Shown here piece after piece: positions 33,601-35,442 of a stretch of 64,000 nt of DNA. The DNA lies in NCBI GenBank assembly GCA_030651035.1, contig JAUSCK010000277.1:7711-71710 (forward strand), written 5' to 3'. The notes beneath the pieces are model-generated. The model was not told where the DNA came from. It saw nothing but the letters and a program-made list of their open reading frames with translations, and did not search any database. Within the stretch, counting starts at the first letter, position 1. Every line of letters begins with the position of its first letter. The DNA is from Elusimicrobiota bacterium. Lineage in GTDB: Bacteria; Elusimicrobiota; Elusimicrobia; Elusimicrobiales; UBA9959. Made by a program: the position numbers and the translations under genes.

Positions 33601-34857
33601 GCCATTGGTCCAGCCGGCCATGGCCGGGGTGAAGTCGTGGAAGAACTGGAAGCCGGAGATCTGGGAGGCCGTGGTTTGTATGGCGTAGTTCCTTAGCGGC
33701 ACGTCGGAACCGCCTATCGAGGAGGCCACGGGCAGCTGGTCGCCTGTAGCCGAATCAAAGCTGCCGGCCACCCTGGCGTAGACCCGGCGCAGGGTTACGC
33801 CCTCTTCCCGCAGGTACAGGGGAATGGCGAAGTTGGTGGTTGAATTGGCCAGCGTGCCCTGGCCCAGGAAATAACGCGCGGTCTGGGTCTTCGAGGCGGA
33901 GTCCCTTGAGAACTCATAGGTCAGCACTACCTCGCCGGACAGCAGGTTCACCGGGGCCACGCCTATGGGCACGTTCAGCGTCTGCAGGGTATTGGCCAGG
34001 AAGCCGTCGGGCTGATCGGAGGAGGAGAGGTAGAGGAAAGAATAGGAATCCCCGAGGCCGTCATCCAGGTTCATGGAAGGCTCGGCCGCCCCGGTGCCTA
34101 TCTGGCAGCCCAGCGTGCCGTCGTTCGTGCCGTTCTGGTGATAGCCGCGCAGCTCGAACCACTGCTGCTGTATGGAAACCCCGGAGTCGGCTATCTCCGC
34201 GTTATACTGCATGAGCGCGGTGCCGGCGGCCTGTTGGCCGGTGAAAGCGGCAATACCCGAAGCGTAATCGGAATAGAGCGGGAAGCGGACCGTCTTCACC
34301 TGCGTGGGCGACTGGTCGTCATACTCGTAGGTGACGTAGAGCTTCATGGAATGCGAGTTGGAGGCGGGGCCGGTTATGGTCACGCCGGCCGTGAACTGCC
34401 TGCCGGCCGCAAGTTGGGCCAATTCCGCCTGCACCACGGCCGTGACGTCGGTCCTGGCGAAAAGCCTTATGGATTCCACCGTGGAGTCGGTATATTGGGC
34501 GCTCTGCAGCCGTATGGTGGAAGCGGTGGCCCCGGCGTTGAAATAGATCTCTATCGGGTTAGTGTCGGAGGCGGCCGTAAGGCCCTCGAATTCGAGCCAG
34601 GCGCTTTTTATGGCCTTGCCGTTCTCGGGAAGTTTGACCGTCCTGGTGGGAAAATTTAACTGTGTACCGGAGTTGACGTCCGCGCCGTAACGTCCGCCAA
34701 AATTGTACTCGACGGTCTTTATGCGGGTTTCCGCGGAAACGAAGGACAGAGGGTAAAGCAGGAAAGCCAGGAAAAGGAGGCGCCGGGCAAAAGAAAGGCC
34801 GCGCGGAACAGATCCGCGTTTCGCGCCTCCCTTTTCCTCAGCGTTCCCGAATAACAT
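6691..34857 (-). CDS. Giant secreted repeat protein (9,388 aa), putative surface fibre/adhesin
   Basis: Uninterrupted 28,167-nt ORF; ATG at 34857 lies 12 nt after the Rrf2 stop, with AGAGGA overlapping that stop. Sec-type N-terminus. About 50 hand-counted modules of about 100 aa (FYVxKDTxxP, xQxGDDxWR, YNVDFxD, NY[IV]SVRxxDxAGN). Also FN3-like modules, Trp-rich modules, lamin-tail-like segments and a C-terminal PQQ-like propeller. Confidence 0.9.
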   Translation of the reverse strand: MLFGNAEEKGGAKRGSVPRGLSFARRLLFLAFLLYPLSFVSAETRIKTVEYNFGGRYGADVNSGTQLNFPTRTVKLPENGKAIKSAWLEFEGLTAASDTNPIEIYFNAGATASTIRLQSAQYTDSTVESIRLFARTDVTAVVQAELAQLAAGRQFTAGVTITGPASNSHSMKLYVTYEYDDQSPTQVKTVRFPLYSDYASGIAAFTGQQAAGTALMQYNAEIADSGVSIQQQWFELRGYHQNGTNDGTLGCQIGTGAAEPSMNLDDGLGDSYSFLYLSSSDQPDGFLANTLQTLNVPIGVAPVNLLSGEVVLTYEFSRDSASKTQTARYFLGQGTLANSTTNFAIPLYLREEGVTLRRVYARVAGSFDSATGDQLPVASSIGGSDVPLRNYAIQTTASQISGFQFFHDFTPAMAGWTNGEVVRATVTAVTNAGGATGAPGMELIVTYDYTNDAAHTSSYEVLAGSDVTSALDGTYASVFGLYYPEVNGSKVMRSAWLYADIIQNDNIGDFTTTIDFDGNSAQTAAVRSITETTYMNRFYANTAQASAFPAFITANYSVSSGRGTLGGAARVNYGFTPVPKLVTGLQQYANGSALTAGTYTNARSISLEGVVASSMSADNLYFVLELKPSASSFDGLGLATGTLNSYSGTPLTVSLSSAGLTSGTVYKWRVRTLGDGGPGGWTAFTSPSFAVDYSSPPAPAMAAIAPAHNANLSITAFPLSWEAVADIDGSGLKNYELQVATSADYGTLSFSSAPLGALVQVSGLTQKYYYWRVRALDNAGNTGNWSAEKNFRVDLSTPTATSNIGTGDQAWRKANDGVYDVDFADLGESLIKQVEVKVTSGAAQTGTIFADWTLALAAVNADSYSGDWTLPAGVWNLMQSWTTNYVSVRVVDYSSQTYTLADAFKVFKDTVTPSYVNGEAGGDNTWRKAGRNYNVDFADPYSKLAGAKYEAWTGAARTGTQKKALTAIPSVSGASFGTDWSVDFASLEDSAANFISVEFYDVAGNTTTITDAFYIRKDTTPPSNINGEAGGDTAWRKAGRNYNVDFADAGSGLNGAKYAARTGANYTGTLKVASTTIAGVTGASFNADWSVDFASLEDSAANYVSIELYDVAGNTATITDAFYVRKDTTPPSNVNGESGGDNTWRKAGRNYNVDFADAGSGLNGAKYAARTGPNYTGALKVASTTIGGVAGASFNSDWSVDFDSLEDSAANYVSIELYDVAGNTATITDAFYVKKDTTPPSNINGETGGDAAWRKAGRNYNVDFADAGSGLNGAKYAARTGPNFTGSLKVASTTIAGVAGASFNSDWSVDFTSLEDSAANYVSIELYDVAGNTATITDAFYVKKDTTPPSNVNGEAGGDNTWRRTSRNYSVDFSDGGSLLAGAAYEAWTGGGKTGTQKKALTAIPGVSGASFNTDWAADFDALADEVLNYLSVEVYDVAGNTSTITDAFIVRKDTTAPRLADGQSGDDIWRNEPGTVYNVGFTDPVLLDHAQYSVWSAPGRTGTLRKDWTYINGSPINSSNYDTDWAVDFSALAEGQTTNYISVRAWDVAGSTAVFDDVFYAQKDVSLPYITDSQGGDDAWRSSSGTLYGVAFGDAGGSLLNSAEYKITTGAGQGGTLVLDWTALAAGIGAASYPGPWALPQAAWNGLPAGLSYISVRVTDYAGNSQAQSDVFYVKKDTQAPSATDLQSGDSAWRKTGSAVYDVDFADAGGSLLQKVQVKITTGPSQTGTLVTDWTDNLTNIDASSYSDPWSLAAGLFDLLQSGTNYVSVRVFDYAGSSSALTDVFYVKKDTSAPTVTDGQGGDDSWRRFGGTVYNVDFADPGAGLSGAKYEAWTGPGRTGTQKIALTAIPSVTGPLFADNWAVDFALLEQGTNYISVEAYDALASTATSADVFYVKKDNAAPVITDSQAGDGTWRNAAGTVYNVDFQDLNSKLATAQYRITSVTGQGGTVIKDWADIFTAQELSSYAADWQVAFADLTSGVTGYVSVRAYDTGGNLSQVSDVFYVLKDTIAPYIAISTPPGGYGAYENDPGGVFNVDIFDEGGSQLSYLQYSISSGSAFSGTLVKEWSNFALNVGATYYMQNWGVDFNALLKDPATNYVSLRGYDTAGNIIVSTDVFKIFRSSSAAPNLVDNQAGDDIWRNSSGTYYNVDFTTSSGFALDWFEAAAYSELGRLGDLLINWTTVRTNLGSSPYADDWPLPESFFNGMREGVNYISVRVYDSSSPANVSNVKDVFYVRKDTSPPSVPVLLSPVDNAGLNYAGVMFDWADSNGLQSGTSNYELILATSSDFTTITASSSPVVSQAYVPGLAQNPYYWKLRAKDHAGNFSAFASTYTFLVDLATPTITGLQADATHYLTANTGLYNVNFDDLGGSLLDKAQVRVTSGPAQTGTLLVDWTDAVTGMNSLSYSTDWALPASAWNALPSGPTGYVSVKVYDRAGNSFVQSDVFTVWKDTAPPYVSDNQAGDDNWRGSDPGAIYNVDFYDLESLLTTAQYRLYSGAGQTGALLKDWTTIVYLPGGTTQYSSAWGVDFGAALEGMTYVSVSLSDRAGLTSQAGDLFYVRKDTSAPVITDGQAGDGSWRSTPGTVYNVDFGDLSSGLTTVQYKVTRETGETGTLVKDWTNIVPDLAGQTSYAADWTLDFSALLETVTNYVSVRAYDQLGLGTTVQDVFYVRKDVTLPAITDDQLGDDAWRNADTASYSVSFADAGGSLLDRAQVKITSGPAQTGTLIADWTDRITDIEAATYAAPWQLGAALWNQLPEGKSYVSVRAYDNAANPRTVTDAFHVRKDATVPVINDVQSGDDSWRNTNSASYALSFSDTGGSLLASAEVKITTGPAQTGTLIADWTPVASAIDSSSYPGPWSLTAGLWDLLAAGTNYVSVRVSDNAGSAASLADAFYVRKDTQAPAINDTQGGDSVWRNSNAGSYAVGFTDPGGSLLSKFQVRASTVAGGAGPFSPDWTDNVTAINAASYPGPWTLVSGVWTLLQPGTNYISIRAYDNAGSPAVLADAFNVLKDTQTPSGSAVPPAYAGALAFNVAWSASDSGPSGVNYARLYYTLDTVSPYTWTQFGSTFNSSPIAFTAPSGGTAGFRIVAYDRAGNSDEADPPAAETAPEASTLVDLAAPSVTDNQAGDDAWPNAGGTSYNVDFSATGASDLDTAQYKVTSGPSQTGDVLKDWTTIAAGIGSPSYTANWQVDFAALKSSFNYVSARAWTVAGTTTTANDVFYVKKDTSPPAALDNQAGDDAWRRAAGTLYDVDFQDQLSLLANVQYSASSAEGSASGNLVAWTNIAYGISAENYTTDWEADFAALNSGGTNYISVRAYDLAGNMSVSTDIFHVHKDTVPAVITDNQAGDASWRTSNAGVYNVDFADAGGSLLSVIQVRASSGPAQTGTLAFDWSDLATGVNSASYADNWSLQAGNWNLLLPGTNYISVRAWDTAGTTVTLNDAFYVLKDQAGPGITDNQGGDDAWRAYAGTVYNVDFDDPLSGLASLQAKVHSEPGGAGLLLADWTQVTALAGAAHAADWALVPSLFSAMAEAQNYVTIRAYDTAGNYSTLADAFYVRKDATGPVITDNQGGDAVWRSTYNGVSYNVDFDDTLSLVSKFQVRASSGQGFTGNQALDWTDDLTGINASSYAGDWEFAPGVWALLLPGTNYISIRAYDVAGATSTLADAFYVLKDTAAPAAVSDLAAGTGSEGEVTLSWTASGDDASSGTALAYIVKLSSTGAINAGNFDSAGTYAQSWQPAASGLPENGSLTGLQADTLYYVAIKVQDKAGNLSAISNLPSGTSGADVTNPGTISLGAATGAFEGQVDLSWTAPGDNGVAIGTATAYLARYRTDQAITSLPLWDGAQVYAQSWQPLGAGEAEVKTISGLTPGTVYYWAVRAVDEVNNTGSLSNSPSASAQNAGAVGGIMQFGVSSSYDVPYFRKWAPPAFGSAQTGLETAAAANSQIRHAVVKASRLRNEKISGLLSSDGVLQIQRYDGVTDAWTNEWSVTEIGATNSAYRGFDIAYEQNSGRAMVLYSGVTAGQLKYNIWNGASWSGAVTLTSGTANASLWVRLEPKPGSDELMAAVLKATSLEIYAMRWTSTTWRDGTQIVASAGSSAKQRYDIAWEKTLGRCLVVYGGATGRADTKIWDGSAWSAYTATYFSFAGGNGVAQWIRLVSDPTSDRIGATAVDSGADWNAAIWDNGWTYAATENGAVDSNANQARSIDAAWESQSGKLVVVSAHGTASGLLYSSWTVSGGWGTTLAAAPTVTGWSNAVRSAVLESDPNTNSLILTAASGSNDLRSATWNGSAFSLYGSVHTAAISANAYMPFDFALDRHDTSAPTLADNQAGDDTWRNSNTGSYDVDANDTGGSHLKEIQVKVYTGAGQTGTLVLDWSAQVSTAVVDSYTDNWALAASTWTALREGVNYISVRSLDGALNATVNPAVDAFYVKKDTTAPSVPSLSSPADNAAVNTQPLLDWSDSSDGTSGVAGYTLQVSTSDDFTTLSFSDSPSVSQASASGLDSGKYYWRARALDAAGNYSVYSSTFAVFVDTAPPVVTDAQAGDDTWRRSSGTVYNVDFTDAGGSRLQNVRYAVYSSTGRQGAELVSFASGLIADSIGADSYPTDWKLSQAHWDLLPNGTSYVSAQAADAAGNTAVLEDVFYIRKDVTAPGVSDNQAGDDAWRKDSAAVYNVDFTDTGGSLIDRIQVKVTTGPAQTGTLISDWTSLASGVNSASYASDWSLGASTFTLMQSGTNYVSVRVFDYAGSTATLSDVFYVRKDTTAPSAPSLVAPADGGYSNSAGPLFDWSDSADALSGLSGYEIYIGTDEFFSVFSASAAASSSQHQAAGLVSAAYYWKARAADNAGNYSAWSSTYALVLDTAPPTMADNQAGDDAWRGSDPGAVYNVDFADAGGSLLDTVQYSAWTQPGLGGSNLVPWTNITAPPVNLAAYAADWAANFDLLGSGTSYISVRAADRAQGSAETQDVFYVRKDASPPSITDNQAGDDAWRNSNAGVYNVDFTDSGGSRLDKFQLKITTGPSQTGTVLLDWTDKAGAINSETYAEDWTLSFDQWTLLGPGTSYISVKAFDGAQNQATLSDAFYIRKDTSAPSITDNQGGDDAWRGSNSGAYNVDFADTGGSKLAYFQIKVTTGAAQTGTLVSDWLTVLSGLNAASYDAEWAVPEGVFTAMQSGLNYVSVRVFDNAGLTQSLNDAFYVKKSTSAPRVTDSQGGDDTWRSMAGTVYNVDFEDAGTSLLAAAQYKVTSLPAQAGTLLKDWTFIASNINASAYTTDWSVDFAALAENGSNYVSVRAWDVAGATTTAADVFYIRKDITLPGITDNQAGDDTWRNADTGVYNVDYTDAGGSLLDRIQVKATTGPSQTGTVLQDWLDVAAGINSSGYSANWSLPAGVWNALLEGPNYVSVRVYDNAGNTSALSDAFYVRKDTTVPSVPSLSTPADFAYVRTLGPTLDWTNSSDGTSGIYGYEALVSTHSGFSVIASSGAPAASQFTAALSMSATHYWKVRASDNAGNYSDYPSAYALVVDTIAPVITDGQAGEVSWRKADGGAVYNIDFADALSTLDTLQYSAWTGAGQTGANPVPWTNIAAGYSQQQYQGDWAVNFSLLSAGTNYISVRAWDLAGSTGTLADAFTVLKDTFAPSVTDSQAGDDTWRNSNSAVYNVDFADALSGLATAQYYISTDVSMGGSQVKNWTDIFSALNAPSYSSDWSLSAAAWSLLPEGTFYLTVRVFDTLAQDATSYDVFHVRKDVSAPGVTDNQADIAAAHSQADLSAINADFTDTGGSLLSYAQYTAWSDGYQTGGEVIPWTNIVTGINAASYTQDWSVNFAVLPNLAYSYITVRIYDNAGNSHIQDVFSLYKDASAPSIIDNQSGDDTWRASNTGVYNMDFQSQSGQNLDKFQVRASTCTSGCAYAPDWTDVVTALGAVDYTADWALPGAVFDALAAGRNYVSVRAHDLVPSSGTFDNAFYVQKDTSAPSITDGQTGDAAWRAAAGTVYNVDFLDSLSGLATAQYKVMSGAGQTGTLLKDWTNIASLTPGQASYSSDWAVDFAALSEVFTNYVSVRAYDALAQSAALDDAFTVLKDTTPPSAPALSSPADNALYSVSAVSFDWTDSSDLRSGTSGYALEVSTRADFQVVAYASAPAVSAASLPAVGDGVYYWRVRAADAAANYSAWAATRAFIVDVSSPEVINNQASPTAWYGSDPGAVFDVDFRDLSSGLTSVEYRITSLPAGGGGLYKDWTVISFTPGGLALYDAAWGVDFAAAKDGSNYVSVRAFDRVALSSAAADAFVIRKDTSAPSITDGQAGDDNWRNASGSLYNMDFADSGVGVSTAQYRVTSLPNGAGTVLKNWTDLFSGQAYASYTADWGVDFFALQETATNYVSVRAWDALGSSRTAEDAFYVLKDVTNPSVADNQADTDWLAADPGAAFDVDFADLGGAKLSKFQTRVTTGPAQTGTLVWEWTDRITAINATYYNMPWSLDFASMPEGPNYISVRAYDNGGNFAAQTDVFAVRKDTTPPAVTDLQAGDDTWRSANNGTYNVNFADTGGSLLSRFQVTASSATGLAGTPHFGWTDLVTGINAAAYDADWALTAELWALLPSGTSYISVRAWDNAGSSGTLADAFYIRKDTQTVTITDNQAGDTAWRSVNDGLYNVDASASGASLVDRLEVRSSTMPGGAGPFTSDWTAAVTGINSASYTAEWALPGTVFDAMLSAATNYISVRVYNQAQNSASQSDVFYVRKDTVPAVITNNIAGGDQTWRGAAGAAYDLDFTDSGGSLLEKFQVKITTGASQTGTLVTDWADNITAINAPAYSADWALFAGAWDLLQEGTNYVSLRVYDEAGNITFSTDAFRVFKDTTVPSVTDLQAGDDAWRNANNGLYNVDFTDTGGSRLERFQVRASTNAGLIGPFSPDWTDNVAGINLPSYTSDWALASGVWDLLREGTNYISVRVYDGAGNLFTYGSQPFYVLKDTTAPSYVNGAAGGDLNWRNSSGTLHNVDVQDAGGSKLSVYQFSVTTGAARTGIMPVDWTPIASGLNSASYAADWALPQAAWDLLPEGTNYISVRAWDIAGTTGTLVDAFRIFKDTTAPAASSAQAGEFDWRGLNTGLYDADFTDTGGALLAKFQVRASTTPGAGPYSPDWTDNTLGLNAAAYPADWPLASGVWDALVDSVTNYISLRVFDNAGSSFTLTDAFRILKDTTPALITDNQAGDDNWRSAAGTLYNADFSDYGSRVSSAAYAAWTQPAAGGSQSLGWTQIFTSTGLLSYTADWSADFNNAAQGFNYISVRAWDKAGNLTELADAFYLKKDTAAPSMTDLQAGDTTWHRLNPGDVFNVDFADGGIGLSSAAYEAWTGPGKTGANVVASSQIFSGAPITSYTADWGLTDAAFTLLAAGTNYISVTAWDGLDQSSAAVDLFYILKDTVAPSGITALSAVTPPAAADEGKLNVYWTAVGDNALAGSASYYMIRYHTDAINDGNFDAVSVFVSTLTPKAAGQGEGIIIAGLTPSVTYYAAVKAVDKAGNTGALSNLTSTYAGLDLTAPETVSDLSSLQGDFQGQVNLYWTAPGEGVAGVAGAGTAQAYIVRYATFAVNSGNFSAPNVSSYTQTWTPLAYGQAEARVLDGLSPGATYSIAIKAVDEAGNTAPISNVIVGTAAPAGAADGMLVYGDNSANLRYQTWVPPNWSAEADSGVTGSVIRWSVLKSVPLVANQKLAGLLYSDNSLKVLKWNGSAWSDATPAPAPAPGGSVTRRFDMAAENLSGRIMTAYYNGTTGAVTYAVWSASASAWAAGPASLPLTSLTGTVNWVRLRSMPGTDRILLTALDANSDISAAVWNGSVWIDNVNLTTAGSIATKESFDAAWETQTGDALVLWGTGTGTSYRKWYSASTWGAPTAGPALAATAGANWIRLCSDPSTNRIGLTSLDGDIDWNMAVWRPAGAEAWSALPTEDTAMSGTGYRMTDCAWESQSGQLLAVAVDDAGATDNKFDWITWSAGTWSPASPSVTATNNNTVFAGSITWLSLIPDPNTDNITALGVDGPANDVRSTVWNGSAWAAAGASANALHEQSGSGHIYEFAAADFDRHDIVPPTAADNQAGDDNWRNASAYYNVDATDSGGSRLARVQTKVHSAAGLGGTLLQDWTDQVTGINLDSYTTDWPLAAGTFNILPQGQSYVSVRALDNVGNISNSAVDAFYVRKDTTVPTITNNLAAGFDPAWRSADAGNIYDVNFADSGGAQISSITYSAWTGAAQTGANAVDNAVISSGTGVGNSYSADWGMNFGLLAHGTNYITVRVWDWASSSATLVDAFKVLKDTQAPADITALAASPGPVRGSVKLEWPAPGDDGALNDNAQGGYLVRAATYNITAALFDSAGVYAQAWVPQGAGVTESKVLYGFEAGKTYYFAVKTYDKAGSTSAISNVPSSLPQTANVYINEVYPSGAAAVDDWVELFNNTASTFNLTGWTLVYNQGTIDLPGPEVTVWTGADVDRSSVNAHFVSTISFNLNGAQSYHLLLKDPSGVLIDRVQWPYLEAGQSFARIEDGNADFFEADPTPTRGYANAISTGLVKINEAAYGTLSSEFVELFNTGADTPTLSGYSLRNSNAVKFTFTRKIYAGNYSLLVFSSISDDQLSWQSAFGTGGLNAAGDYLSLENAVGQTVDRVTWQSGTSYSLYNYKAAQVSAAAYAPANAPYSIGRRPSEGEDIGSDSTDFVSAAVAATPMSRNNGAGAGAANTLAYPAEGQKLPRLFPLRLTLGADSSGGTADNIALIRTGGAADNYSPHLYRLGDIGFDLASLAAQSTAQAGVSFADQDGHALVHNAVYRLLLNSDSVSDSAPQLALAAVTYDASVHTVSASTTAPARVNQGASDDLALFYVSNNSPSGYNSVELASASLRFYDADLNPLDTAKASALFDAVYIARDSASGLPGIYEPAIDTDTAAYVGNGEISLDAFGTQVITAANPGAAANSVAAASTATFFAVVMMKADAASQAVNVFRLRFRADTELTVRDGPSDFAQLLPAAAEIESSSVTAIAPSSAPAGTSWPYTPPEPTSVEAPVDYYTNEGSSTVYSPATDGVLRALNGDGTFKWAFTPSPASPIRNGPTVPWPSGAPQVYFANDNGDIYRVQDNGPGVSQVWKRGLGSAVRSSVMVIGERLYLGTMDSKIYCLNVSDGLNCADWTFSSSVNSPIVGTLSIDDRTDVNRGWIGLDNGKMVTFRTGDGYVDTSFQTGAAIKSSPYVDAGYGGANNNLYLASTDGRLYARVAANLESIPTGWPALGYVDLFSPLYSSPFIWPLGGTKYIFVGDDAGRLHKINAVTGAEAWTFQANGQIRSSPVLVPGGYVGLAEDYVYFGCDDSYIYAVNANTGQLRDGWPVATGGPVRADPVADIENRVLITGSGDGKTYVLSIGP
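6694..7800 (-). other. C-terminal PQQ/BamB-like beta-propeller of the giant protein
   Basis: Repeated blade pattern: DGVLRALNGDGTFKWAF, GDIYRVQD, DSKIYCLNVSDG, DGRLYARV, AGRLHKINAVTGAEAWTF, SYIYAVNANTGQLRDGW. Confidence 0.65.
8800..9620 (-). other. Two lamin-tail-domain-like segments
   Basis: VYINEVYPSGAAAVDDWVELFNNTASTFNLTGWTL and VKINEAAYGTLSSEFVELFNTGADTPTLSGYSL match the LTD hallmark I-N-E ... [DE]-[WF]-V-E-L-[FY]-N ... L-[ST]-G-[WY]. Confidence 0.6.
10650..12640 (-). other. FN3 pair plus Trp-rich module 2 of about 420 aa
   Basis: ILKDTVAPSGITALSAV and two FN3 units are followed by GAADGMLVYGDNSANLRYQTW...KWNGSAWSD...VWNGSVWID...TVWNGSAWAA, ending at FDRHDIVPP. This is a paralogue of module 1. 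Confidence 0.55.
16174..16185 (-). repeat. Homopolymer of 12 G on the coding strand (C12 on plus) inside the giant ORF
   Basis: The plus strand reads cagcccccccccccccggc. The tract encodes Gly6225-Gly6228 (LPAGGGGLYKDW) and is the longest homopolymer I found in the window. Confidence 0.9.
21900..23845 (-). other. FN3 pair plus Trp-rich module 1 of about 420 aa
   Basis: VLKDTAAPAAVSDLAAGTGSEGEVTLSWTASGDD and a second FN3 are followed by GGIMQFGVSSSYDVPYFRKW...IWNGASWSG...IWDGSAWS...ATWNGSAFS, ending at LDRHDTSAP. The periodic W-x-G-[ST]-x-W pattern suggests a propeller or beta-sandwich array. Confidence 0.55.
27950..28870 (-). other. Low-GC compositional island inside the giant ORF
   Basis: Hand counts: line 28501-28560 has 23/60 G+C and line 28621-28680 has 25/60, against 39/60 for a typical flanking line (29401-29460). 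The segment covers about three modules and the frame is preserved. Confidence 0.75.
30500..32140 (-). repeat. Five tandem 327-nt (109-aa) units, the inner three near-identical
   Basis: The linker sequence recurs with a 327-nt period (e.g. 30811 vs 31138). Protein units run DAFYV[RK]KDTTPPSN[IV]NGE.GGD..WRKAGRNYNVDFADAGSGLNGAKYAARTG...NYVSIELYDVAGNTATIT. The outer units share EAWTG..TGTQKKALTAIP. Confidence 0.85.
34732..34857 (-). other. Predicted Sec signal peptide of the giant protein (aa 1-42)
   Basis: MLFGNAEEKGGAKRGSVPRGLSFARRLLFLAFLLYPLSFVSA/ET has a long basic n-region, a hydrophobic core and small residues at -3/-1. Confidence 0.6.
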
Positions 34858-34869
34858 AAACTTTTTCCT

Positions 34870-35316
34870 CTACTCTTCCGCCGCGCCGCCGCCGCTTGTC
34901 GGCCTCGGCGCTTTTTTCTTTTCCCCGTCCTTATGCCGCTCTTCCTCTTTCATCATCTCGATGATATCCTGCACGCTGAGGCCCACCAGCCAGTGGTTCA
35001 CCTCTTCGCGCAGGGTTTCGTACAGCTTTATGGAGATCTGTTTCCGGTCGGCTTTGGGCGCGCCGTTGAAAGTGAAGGACTCCATCAGTTCCCAGACGCT
35101 GATATCGTCCAGTTCTTTGTTCAGGCGGTAGCCTTTGCCTTTCTGAGATTCCACGAAACCCGCGTGCACCAGCGCCTGCAGCACCTTGTTGCAGTAGGCC
35201 GCAGGCAGGCCCTGGAATTTGGAGATCTGCCCTACTTGGTTCCAGGCGCCGCCATTGTTCTGCCCGAGGTAATGCAGGCAGGCCAGGCCATAAGCTAAGG
35301 TGCGGTTCATCTTCAT
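34870..35316 (-). CDS. Rrf2-family transcriptional regulator without a Cys cluster
   Basis: 148-aa winged-helix N-terminus (RTLAYGLACLHYLGQ...ISKFQGLPAAYCNKVLQALVHAGFVESQKGKGYRL). It lacks the three C-terminal Cys ligands of IscR/NsrR. Its stop lies 12 nt before the giant gene ATG. Confidence 0.8.
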   Translation of the reverse strand: MKMNRTLAYGLACLHYLGQNNGGAWNQVGQISKFQGLPAAYCNKVLQALVHAGFVESQKGKGYRLNKELDDISVWELMESFTFNGAPKADRKQISIKLYETLREEVNHWLVGLSVQDIIEMMKEEERHKDGEKKKAPRPTSGGGAAEE

Positions 35317-35335
35317 AAAAATATCTGTATTCGCC

Positions 35336-35364
35336 AGCCATTGGACACTTCTTATCCAATGGCT
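35336..35364. promoter_or_regulatory. Perfect 10-bp inverted repeat (candidate Rrf2 operator)
   Basis: AGCCATTGGA-N9-TCCAATGGCT, total 29 bp, lies 20 nt upstream of the Rrf2 ATG. The size fits Rrf2-family operators. Confidence 0.55.
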
Positions 35365-35370
35365 CCCCAG

Positions 35371-35400
35371 AAAAAAGGCGGCACTATACTAGCCTGCCGC
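35371..35400 (-). terminator. Hairpin plus U-tract (terminator of the rSAM operon and/or leader attenuator of the Rrf2-giant unit)
   Basis: The minus strand reads GCGGCA-GGCUAGUAUAG-UGCCGC followed by CUUUUUUCU. It lies downstream of the predicted -10 at 35415-35420. Confidence 0.4.
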
Positions 35401-35414
35401 TTGTTGATATCTAT

Positions 35415-35442
35415 AGTATAGCAGGCGTATTTCCATAGTCAA
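35415..35442 (-). promoter_or_regulatory. Sigma70-like promoter for Rrf2 and the giant gene
   Basis: The minus strand reads TTGACT-N16-TATACT. The -35 box overlaps the rSAM stop codon (35439-35441). Confidence 0.5.

Noticed and set aside
30388-33696. Very long plus-strand ORFs antisense to the giant gene (1102 aa here; also 6631-8208, 13897-15231, 17014-18054, 20383-21486 and others).
   Set aside because: They are Gly/Arg/Pro/Val-rich and low in complexity, carry no motifs, and mirror a repetitive high-GC coding strand with few stop codons in the antisense frames. The minus-strand frame has clear domain structure.
6691-34857. The giant protein as an RTX/T1SS substrate, autotransporter or T9SS cargo.
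   Set aside because: It has no GGxGxD nonapeptides, no C-terminal beta-barrel and no Por-type CTD at its C-terminus. It has an N-terminal Sec-type signal instead.
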